Below are positions 16,671 through 23,528 of a stretch of DNA of 24,000 nt, piece after piece. The stretch is from Nevskiales bacterium (GTDB lineage Bacteria; Pseudomonadota; Gammaproteobacteria; Nevskiales; Nevskiaceae), in NCBI GenBank assembly GCA_028698335.1, contig JAQVDP010000021.1:37622-61621 (forward strand), read 5' to 3'. The translations under genes were made by a program, and so were the position numbers. Positions within the stretch are counted from its first letter, which is position 1. Every line of letters begins with the position of its first letter. Under the pieces are notes generated by a model. It had not been told where the DNA came from and made no database searches. It saw nothing but the letters and a program-made list of their open reading frames with translations.

Positions 16671-17513
16671 ATGGTCACGAAAACCAAGCGGACACAGACG
16701 AAGAACGGGACCGCCAAGCCGGCGCCCTACCGGATCAAGGACGTTTCCGAACTCACCGGCGTCTCGCGCGAAACGATCCGCTTCTACATCAACGAGGGCC
16801 TGCTGCCGCCGCCGGAGAAATCGGCGCGCAACATGGGCTGGTACACCGAACGGCATATCGAACTGCTGCACCTGATCCAGAAACTGCAGCGCGAACAGTT
16901 CCTGCCGCTCAAGGCGATCAAGTCGCTGGTCCACGGCTCGTCCGACTTCGAGTTCACCGCGCAGCAGGAAGGCGTACTGGCCCAGATCCGCCACCAGCTC
17001 TCGTTCGGCAGCCGCGGCCTGCTGCCGTCGGAGAAGCCCAGCGCCATCGCCCGCGACCTGGGCCTGACGCGCAAGGAGCTCAAGGAGTTCAGCGAGATCG
17101 GCCTGTCGCTGGAAAAGGACGCCACGGTCAGCGACATCGAGGTCGCCGAACTGTGGACCAAACTCAAGAAGAACGGCCTGAGCGAGGACCGGGGCTTCAG
17201 CCCGAAGGATCTAGGCTATCTGGTCGAGCTGGTCGATCTGGCCGTGCAGCAGGAGCTGCGCCTGTTCGAGAAGAAGATCCAGATGATGTCGCCGGACGAA
17301 GGTTCGCGCCTGTCCGAGATCGTCATCCCGACGCTGAGCCGGGTCTTCGCGATCCTGCATGAGCGGCGGCTGGGCATGTTCATCCAGCGCTATCTGGAAC
17401 AGCGCGCGGAGACGCGCGCGCCGAAGCGCTCCGCGACCGCGACGGCCCGCGGCAAGGCCGCGAGCCAGAAGGCAGCGGTCCGCAAGGCGACCACGCGTCG
17501 CGCCAGGGCCTGA
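16671..17513 (+). CDS. MerR-family transcriptional regulator with long helical C-terminal region and basic Ala/Lys/Arg tail
   Basis: 280 aa from ATG 16671. MerR HTH: YRIKDVSELTGVSRETIRFYINEGLLPPPEKSARNMGWYTERHIELLHLIQKL. C-terminal tail: RAPKRSATATARGKAASQKAAVRKATTRRARA*. The ORF-track start at 16488 would run through the upstream terminator. Confidence 0.85.
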   Translation: MVTKTKRTQTKNGTAKPAPYRIKDVSELTGVSRETIRFYINEGLLPPPEKSARNMGWYTERHIELLHLIQKLQREQFLPLKAIKSLVHGSSDFEFTAQQEGVLAQIRHQLSFGSRGLLPSEKPSAIARDLGLTRKELKEFSEIGLSLEKDATVSDIEVAELWTKLKKNGLSEDRGFSPKDLGYLVELVDLAVQQELRLFEKKIQMMSPDEGSRLSEIVIPTLSRVFAILHERRLGMFIQRYLEQRAETRAPKRSATATARGKAASQKAAVRKATTRRARA

Positions 17514-17548
17514 CTCGCGGCGCCGGCCGCGATCCTGCCTGTCGGCGC

Positions 17549-18379
17549 ATGCGTACGGACGTCATCGGATGGTCGATTCTGCTCGCCGCCGCTGCGGCTT
17601 TCGGCGCCTTCATCGTCGGCCAGCTGCACTGGGGCGAAGCCCTGCGCCCGGCCGCATATGCCTATCCGGCCACCGGGCCGGAATGCCCGGCAACGACCGC
17701 AGCTGCGCCACCGCCTGACGACAGCGGTCTGCCCGGCTACACCGTCCGCACCCCGAGCAACTACGATCCGCGCCGCGCGCACCCGTTGCTGATGGTATTC
17801 AGCCCTGCCGGCAGCAACCGCGCACTGACCGAACGCTTCACCGGCCTGACCCACGATGCCACCGCGCAGGGCCTGATCGTCGCCTACGTCGACAGCCTGC
17901 GCCTGAGCCGGGACGCGGTGGCCCGCTTCGCCCGGGTGGTCTCGGCGATCGAGCGGCAATGGTGCATCGATCCGCGACGCATCAGCTTCACCGGGCATTC
18001 GGATGGCGGCAGCGTCTCCGAGCTGATCGCCCTGCTCGACACCGGCATCGACGTCGCCCCCGCCGCCGTCGTCGCCAGCGCCGGCGGCCTGATCGATACC
18101 GACTTCGCCGAATTCGAATGCCGCCGCCCGATCGACGTCACGCTGTATCACGGCCGCGATGACCGCCATTTCCCCGGCTACGGCGCATCCGCCGCGCGCG
18201 GCTGGGCGCAATGCCTGGGCTGCGACGCCAGCCCGGACACCGACACCGAGGGCTGCGCGGTCTACCGGAACTGCCGGGGCGCGCTGAAGTACTGCGAGCA
18301 GCCCGGCGGACACTGGCGCTGGCCCGACATCAACAGCGCAATCGTGGCCAAGGCCGCAGCGGCCGTCGCGACCGACTGA
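17549..18379 (+). CDS. Alpha/beta-hydrolase esterase, PHB-depolymerase/LpqC-like family, N-terminal signal-anchor
   Basis: 276 aa. Hydrophobic N-terminus: WSILLAAAAAFGAFIV. Nucleophile elbow: FTGHSDGG (GxSxG). Cys-rich C-terminal block ending CEQPGGHWRWP, as in esterases of the PHB-depolymerase family. It starts 35 nt after the MerR gene. Confidence 0.55.
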   Translation: MRTDVIGWSILLAAAAAFGAFIVGQLHWGEALRPAAYAYPATGPECPATTAAAPPPDDSGLPGYTVRTPSNYDPRRAHPLLMVFSPAGSNRALTERFTGLTHDATAQGLIVAYVDSLRLSRDAVARFARVVSAIERQWCIDPRRISFTGHSDGGSVSELIALLDTGIDVAPAAVVASAGGLIDTDFAEFECRRPIDVTLYHGRDDRHFPGYGASAARGWAQCLGCDASPDTDTEGCAVYRNCRGALKYCEQPGGHWRWPDINSAIVAKAAAAVATD

Positions 18380-18412
18380 CGCCACCCCCGCATCCTGGCG
18401 GCTCCGGCCGGA

Positions 18413-19594
18413 TCAGGCCGCCTCGTAGATGCTGACCACGCATGCGCCGCCGATGCCGAGATTGTGGCCGAGGCCGATGCGCGCCGCCGGCACCTGGCGC
18501 GCCTGCGCCTCGCCCCGCAGCTGTTCGACCAGCTCGGCGCACTGCGCCAGCCCGGTCGCCCCCGGCGGATGCCCCATCGACATCATGCCGCCGGACGGAT
18601 TGACCACCCAGCGCCCGCCGTAGGTGTTGTCGCCGTCGACGACCATGCGTTCGCCCTCGCCCGGCGCCGCCAGGCCGAGGGCCTCGTAGGTGATCAGTTC
18701 GTTGCTGGCGAAGCCGTCGTGCAGCTCGACGACGTCGACATCCTCGGGGCCGAGGCCCGCCATCGCGTAGGCGGCGTCGGCGGCGCCCTGGCTCATGTCG
18801 TAGCCGACCGTGTAGATGATGTCCGCGGCATCGAGCGTCGCCGGCCGATCCGACACCATCGCCTGCGCGCGGATGCGGACGCAGCGGCGCAGCCCGCGCC
18901 GGCGCCGGAATGCCTCCGAGCAGACCAGCACCGCCGCCGCGCCGCTGGCCGGCGGGCACGCCATCAGGCGGGTCAGCGGCGCCGACAGCGCCGGCGACGC
19001 CATCACCTCGTCGGCCGACAGCTCCCGCCGCAGCAGCGCGTAAGGATTGTGGCGTGCATGACGGCTGGCCTTGGCGCGCACCTGCGCGAAGCTGCTCGCC
19101 GCCGTTCCGTACCGGGCCATGTGCGCCGCGCCCGCCGCCGCAAAGTAGCGGATCGCCTGCGGCGCTTCGCTGTGTCCGATCAGGGCCTCGGCCGCCAGCT
19201 CGATCGGCTCGGTCGGCGCCGGGCGACTGACGTCGCGCGGAAACGGCAGTTCGGGGCGCAGCTGGTCGAAGCCGAGTGCCAACGCACAGTCGGCCGCGCC
19301 GCTGGCCACCGCCTGCCGCGCCAGAACCAGCGCGCTGGCGCCGGTGGCGCAGCTGTTGTTGACGTTGAAGATCGGAATCCCCGCCATTCCCAGCCCGTAG
19401 AGGGTGCGCTGGCCGCAGGTCGAGTCCCCGTAGACATAGCCGACGAAGGCCTGATCGACATCCATGAAGTCGAGCCCGGCGTCGGCCAGCGCGGCGACAG
19501 CGGCGCGCGCGCCCAGATCGTGATAGGGCGGACTGCCGCCCGGCTTCACGAACGGCACCCGGCCGACGCCGGCGATATGGATGGAGTCATTCAC
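18413..19594 (-). CDS. Thiolase-superfamily protein, SCP2/lipid-transfer-type (acetyl-CoA acetyltransferase-like)
   Basis: 393 aa from GTG (19592-19594, GAGAG about 9 nt upstream). Motifs: IHIAGVGRVPF, VNNSCATGASAL (nucleophilic Cys), GHPPGATG, GLGHNLGIGGACVV. There is no second C-terminal catalytic Cys, as in SCP2-type thiolases. Confidence 0.85.
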   Translation of the reverse strand: MNDSIHIAGVGRVPFVKPGGSPPYHDLGARAAVAALADAGLDFMDVDQAFVGYVYGDSTCGQRTLYGLGMAGIPIFNVNNSCATGASALVLARQAVASGAADCALALGFDQLRPELPFPRDVSRPAPTEPIELAAEALIGHSEAPQAIRYFAAAGAAHMARYGTAASSFAQVRAKASRHARHNPYALLRRELSADEVMASPALSAPLTRLMACPPASGAAAVLVCSEAFRRRRGLRRCVRIRAQAMVSDRPATLDAADIIYTVGYDMSQGAADAAYAMAGLGPEDVDVVELHDGFASNELITYEALGLAAPGEGERMVVDGDNTYGGRWVVNPSGGMMSMGHPPGATGLAQCAELVEQLRGEAQARQVPAARIGLGHNLGIGGACVVSIYEAA

Positions 19595-19837
19595 GGATCG
19601 GTTCTCTCGGTGGAGGGGCGGACAGCCCGGGCGCCGCACGAAGGCCTGATTGCTGCACCGCAATATGGCGCAGCTCTGGCCCGAATCATCAATTGTACGT
19701 AGTGCAACTACTCACTCTAGACAAGCCCAAAATCCTGTGCAAGACTTCGCCGCAATGGATCCGGAAAACCGGACCAGAGTGCCGGCAGCCGCGTTTCGGC
19801 CGGCTCACGAGACGTGCAAAAAAGTCAGGAGAGCTTC

Positions 19838-20656
19838 GTGACCACTACAGTCGAAACCCCCCGTGCCACCCCGGACAAGCCCATCCGTGCGCCTTGGAAG
19901 GCGTTCTTCGGAATGCTGGCGTTCTCAGCGGTGGTCTTCACCGTTTACCGCATCTACCAGCACGAGACCGCGTTCACCTTCGGCCTCGATTACTTCAACC
20001 CCGAGTTCGCCACCTACTGGATGAGCGTCCTGTACGCGGAACTCGCCATCGAAGTGCTGCTCGGCGCCGCGATCGTCGGCTATCTGTGGACGACACGCGA
20101 CCGCCACCTCGACAAGATCACGCCCGCCGAGGAACTGCGCCGTTACCTCGTGCTGATGAGCCAACTGCTGCTGTTCGGCGCGATCGCCTACGTGGTGACG
20201 TCGATCTACACCGAATCCGACGCCGCCTGGCATCAGGTCACGGTGCGTGACACCGACTTCACGCCGACCCACATCGGGCTGTTCTACTTCGGCGTTCCGG
20301 TCTTCATCCTCAGCGTGCTGACCGCATTCGTCTATGCCCGCACCCGCATCCCCGCCTTCGCCAGCAAGGTGTCGCTGCCGTTCGCACTGCTCGTCGCCGG
20401 CCCGGTGATGATCATGCCGAACCTCGGCTTCAACGAGTGGGGCCACACCTTCTTCTACGCTGAAGAACTGTTCGCGGCACCGATCCACTGGGGCTTCGTG
20501 CTGCTGGGCTGGGCCACCTTCGCCGCCGGCGGGCTGCTGGTGCAGATCCTGAGCCGCATCGTGCAGCTGACCCAGGTCATCGGCTCGGCCAGCGCGCAGC
20601 AGACCGACATCCAGGTCGAAGCCGCCGCCAAGGCGGAGCTGAACGCGGCTGCCTGA
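19838..20656 (+). CDS. amoC/pmoC: Copper membrane monooxygenase subunit C (PmoC/AmoC family)
   Basis: Full-length similarity by eye to M. capsulatus PmoC: ESDAAWHQVTVRDTDFTPTH and NEWGHTFFYAEELFAAPIHWGFVLLGW. CuC ligands Asp/His/His are at 20219, 20231 and 20270. CuD ligands Asn/His/His are at 20432, 20444 and 20486. The preferred start is GTG 19838, 5 nt after AGGAGAG (19827-19833). The ORF also opens at GTG 19814. Confidence 0.95.
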   Translation: MTTTVETPRATPDKPIRAPWKAFFGMLAFSAVVFTVYRIYQHETAFTFGLDYFNPEFATYWMSVLYAELAIEVLLGAAIVGYLWTTRDRHLDKITPAEELRRYLVLMSQLLLFGAIAYVVTSIYTESDAAWHQVTVRDTDFTPTHIGLFYFGVPVFILSVLTAFVYARTRIPAFASKVSLPFALLVAGPVMIMPNLGFNEWGHTFFYAEELFAAPIHWGFVLLGWATFAAGGLLVQILSRIVQLTQVIGSASAQQTDIQVEAAAKAELNAAA

Positions 20657-20686
20657 TTCCAAACACGCTGTAACCTCGCTTCACAA

Positions 20687-20722
20687 GGGGAGCCGGCTTC
20701 TTTGCGGCTCCCCCGTTTTATT
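20687..20722 (+). terminator. Terminator-like GC-rich hairpin in the subunit C / subunit A intergenic spacer (possible attenuator or mRNA-processing/stability element)
   Basis: GGGGAGCCG (20687-20695) pairs perfectly with CGGCTCCCC (20705-20713) around a 9-nt loop, followed by CGTTTTATT. The xmoA RBS GGGAGGAG (20724-20731) and ATG 20734 follow immediately. Confidence 0.55.
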
Positions 20723-20733
20723 CGGGAGGAGAA

Positions 20734-21486
20734 ATGTCTCAAGAACTAGCCGCCTCGGCCGTGCACAGCACCGCCGAGCAGCATCGGGTGCACGTCCAGG
20801 TCGACCTGCTGGCGATTCCGCTGGTCGTCCTGCTCTTTGCTGCCGTCTTCAGCTTCCAGTTCGCCCTGCTGGTCGGCGACTGGGACTACTGGATCGACTG
20901 GCGTGACCGCCGTTGGTGGCCGCTGGTGACCCCGCTGGCCCTGACCATCCTGCCGGCCGTGTTCGGCTACTTCCTGTGGGAACGCCTGCGCCTCCCGCTC
21001 GGCGCGACACTCACCATCATCGCGCTGACCGCGGCCGCGTGGATCAGCCGCTACCTGAACTTCCACCTGTTCGCGAACTTTCCGATGAACATGGTGTGGC
21101 CGTCGGCGTACATCGGCCTGGGCCTGATCGTCGACTGCATCCTGCTGCTGACCGGCAGCTTCTTCTGGACCGGGCTGTTCGGCGGCTTCGCCTTCGGCGT
21201 GCTGCTCTACCCGATGAACTGGCCGCTGCTGGCGCCGTTCCAGGTCCCGGTGGAGATGCACGGCACGATGCTGACGGTGTCCGACCTGATGGGCTTCGAG
21301 TACATCCGGACGGCCATCCCGGAGTACGTCCGCATCATCGAGCAGTCGACCCTGCGCACCTTCGGCGAGGCCGTCACCCCGCTGACCGCGGTCTTCGCCG
21401 GCTTCCTGAACATCATGAACTTCTGGTTCTGGACCTGGATCGGTTACCTCGGCAGCAAGGCGCTGTGGCTGCGCAAGATCGTCTAA
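20734..21486 (+). CDS. amoA/pmoA: Copper membrane monooxygenase subunit A (PmoA/AmoA family)
   Basis: 250 aa. Blocks shared with PmoA: GDWDYWIDWRDRRWW, LWERLRLPLGAT, NWPLLAPFQVPVE, IRTAIPEYVRIIEQSTLRTFG. A strong RBS precedes the start. Confidence 0.95.
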   Translation: MSQELAASAVHSTAEQHRVHVQVDLLAIPLVVLLFAAVFSFQFALLVGDWDYWIDWRDRRWWPLVTPLALTILPAVFGYFLWERLRLPLGATLTIIALTAAAWISRYLNFHLFANFPMNMVWPSAYIGLGLIVDCILLLTGSFFWTGLFGGFAFGVLLYPMNWPLLAPFQVPVEMHGTMLTVSDLMGFEYIRTAIPEYVRIIEQSTLRTFGEAVTPLTAVFAGFLNIMNFWFWTWIGYLGSKALWLRKIV

Positions 21487-21500
21487 GGAGAGCGAGAACA

Positions 21501-22736
21501 ATGAAACGACTGATCTCCCTGACCTGCTCGGCGCTGGTCGCGATGCTGAGCCTGGTCGCCGCGATGGAGCCGGCCCAGGCCCACGGCGAACGCGCGCAGA
21601 TGCCACAGCTGCGCATGCGTTCGGTGCACTGGTTCGACATCAACGTCTCGACCGTGAACATGCAGATCAACGATCTGATCAAGGTCACCGGCAGTTTCAT
21701 GCCGTCGAACTACTGGCCCGAGCACGTCCAGTCCATCGAGAAGACCGCGTTCCTCAACATCGGCGTTCCGGGCCCGTCTTTCGTGCGCCTCGACTCGCGG
21801 GTCAACGGCGTGCCGATGATCCGGTCGACCGCGTTCAAGAAGGGTGAGCTGTACAACTTCGAGATCACCCTGAAGGCGCGCAAGACCGGCCGCTACCACG
21901 TCCACCCCGTCATCAACGTCGAAGGCACCGGCCCGATCATCGGACCGGGTCTGTGGGTCGAGGTCGGCGGCGACGAGGCCGCCTTCGAGAACAGCGCCAC
22001 CACGCTGCTCGGCAAGACCATCAACCTCGAGTCCTACGGCCTCGCCAACGCGGCGTTCTGGTCCGGCCTGTGGTTCGTGATCGGCCTGGCGTGGTTCGCC
22101 TACTGGCTGCTCAAGTGCCCGATCGTCGTGCCGCGCTTCAAGCGCGTCAACGAACTCGGGCCGGCCGAGGCCGACAAGATCATCACCCCCAACGATCGCC
22201 GCGCCGGTCTGGTGTTCCTGGTTCTGGCCCTGTCGGTCGTCGCCGGCTCCTACATGTACACGCAGGAGAAATGGCCGATCACCACGCCGCTGCAGACCGG
22301 CAAGATCGAGGTGCCGCCGATCGACGTCGACCTGCCCCTGCAGGTGCGTCTGCAGGACGCGCGCTATCGCATCCCGGGCCGCAGCTTCCGCATGGAACTG
22401 GAAGTCACCAACAGCGGCGACAGCCCGGTCATGGTCGGCGAGTTCGCCGCCGGCAACCTGCGCTTCATCAACAGCGACGTGCTGAAAGTGACGCCGAAGG
22501 ACGAGGACGACCTGGTGGCCACCGACGCGCTGCGCGTCGAGGGCGGTCCGATCGCACCGGGCGAGACCCGCACCATCGTCGTCTATGCCGACGACGCCCT
22601 GTGGGAAACGCAGCGCATGACGACGATGATCGCGTCGCCCGACGCGCTGGTGGCGGGCATGCTGTTCTTCTTCGACGCCAACGGCGAACGCTTCCCGGTC
22701 GAAGTCGGCGGCATGATGATTCCGGAGTTCGTCTGA
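21501..22736 (+). CDS. amoB/pmoB: Copper membrane monooxygenase subunit B (PmoB/AmoB family)
   Basis: 411 aa from ATG 21501 (GGAGAG at 21487-21492). The signal peptide ends AQA|HGE, so the mature N-terminus is His28 (21582-21584). YHVHPVINVEGTGPIIGPG supplies the other two CuB-site His residues (21897, 21903). There are two central TMs and a C-terminal cupredoxin block: APGETRTIVV...LFFFDANG. The ORF-track entry 20913-22736 is an out-of-context 5' extension. Confidence 0.95.
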   Translation: MKRLISLTCSALVAMLSLVAAMEPAQAHGERAQMPQLRMRSVHWFDINVSTVNMQINDLIKVTGSFMPSNYWPEHVQSIEKTAFLNIGVPGPSFVRLDSRVNGVPMIRSTAFKKGELYNFEITLKARKTGRYHVHPVINVEGTGPIIGPGLWVEVGGDEAAFENSATTLLGKTINLESYGLANAAFWSGLWFVIGLAWFAYWLLKCPIVVPRFKRVNELGPAEADKIITPNDRRAGLVFLVLALSVVAGSYMYTQEKWPITTPLQTGKIEVPPIDVDLPLQVRLQDARYRIPGRSFRMELEVTNSGDSPVMVGEFAAGNLRFINSDVLKVTPKDEDDLVATDALRVEGGPIAPGETRTIVVYADDALWETQRMTTMIASPDALVAGMLFFFDANGERFPVEVGGMMIPEFV

Positions 22737-23344
22737 TGTGGCGCAAGCTCGCGGCGGCCACGGCCCTGATCCTGGGCCTGGCCGCCGGCCCCGCCTTTTC
22801 CCATGGCGGGGTCTCGGTCGAGGACGACGTCTGCATCATGCGCATCGGACCGTATCGCGCGCATTTCACCGGCTACCAGCCCGAATACCGTGCGACGCAG
22901 GAGTTCTGCGAGGACATCCCGGTGGTCGCACCGGCGATCATCGTGCTGGACTTCATCGACAACGCGCTGCGTGGCATGGACGTCGAGTTCAACCTGCTGC
23001 GGGATCGCGAGGGCCTCGGCGCCAACGCCCGCTACGAGGATCTCGGGTCGATGGAGCAGATCCGGCAGCACAGTCTGTTCAACGTGCCCGCCGCCAGTTA
23101 TCCCCGCGGCACGATCACGCTCGAACCGAAGCTGGAGGAGTCCGGCTGGTACATCGGCGTGCTCAGCGCCACCGACCCGAAGACCGGCGGCACCCTGCAC
23201 TCGGTGTTCCCGTTCCGCGTCGGCTTTCACAACTACTGGAAATACGCGATCGCGTTCGCCCTGATCGTCGCACTGTCGGTGACCGTCTACCGGGTCACCG
23301 GGCGCAAGCACAGGGCGGGCGCGACGCCCCCATCCCCCGCCTGA
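22736..23344 (+). CDS. Small secreted protein with C-terminal TM anchor, translationally coupled to subunit B (fourth gene of the CuMMO operon; family not recognised)
   Basis: ATG 22736 overlaps the xmoB stop (TGATG). 202 aa. Signal peptide MWRKLAAATALILGLAAGPAFS|HGG leaves His23 at the mature N-terminus. The periplasmic domain is about 150 aa with Cys33, Met35, His43 and Cys58. C-terminal TM: YAIAFALIVALSVTVY, then a basic tail. GC3-rich codon usage matches its neighbours. Confidence 0.7.
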   Translation: MWRKLAAATALILGLAAGPAFSHGGVSVEDDVCIMRIGPYRAHFTGYQPEYRATQEFCEDIPVVAPAIIVLDFIDNALRGMDVEFNLLRDREGLGANARYEDLGSMEQIRQHSLFNVPAASYPRGTITLEPKLEESGWYIGVLSATDPKTGGTLHSVFPFRVGFHNYWKYAIAFALIVALSVTVYRVTGRKHRAGATPPSPA

Positions 23345-23354
23345 ACGGGCGCCC

Positions 23355-23528
23355 GCTGATCGCGCCGGCACACGGGACCGGACCGGCCACTCCGATCAGC
23401 AGGCACCTCACCTTGTCCACCCCGATGCCCGCCCTCTCTCTCCTGCAGGACCGCATCCCCCCAAGCGGTCCCGCCGATCCGCAAGTCCCCCCGATTCAAT
23501 TGCGGCGGCACGCACGGGCGGGCATCGG
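23355..23528 (+). other. Highly structured intergenic RNA region (two long-range helices; two hairpins displaying UCCCCCC loops)
   Basis: Hairpin 1: GCTGATCG (23355-23362) pairs with CGATCAGC (23393-23400), with inner GCCGG/CCGGC. Helix 2: CCGATGCCCGCCC (23422-23434) pairs with GGGCGGGCATCGG (23516-23528), 13 bp perfect. Helix 2 encloses GGACCGC/GCGGTCC (23448-23454 / 23465-23471, loop ATCCCCCCAA) and CCGCAA/TTGCGG (23479-23484 / 23500-23505, loop GTCCCCCCGATTCAA). Confidence 0.45.

Noticed and set aside
19595-23344. The idea that the CuMMO cluster is a recently acquired genomic island or mobile element.
   Set aside because: No integrase, transposase, tRNA gene or flanking direct repeats are visible. 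Codon usage and GC3 look like the neighbouring genes by eye. The slightly lower GC of the xmo genes is comparable to the central part of nrdA. A claim would need a computed GC/codon analysis and synteny comparison.
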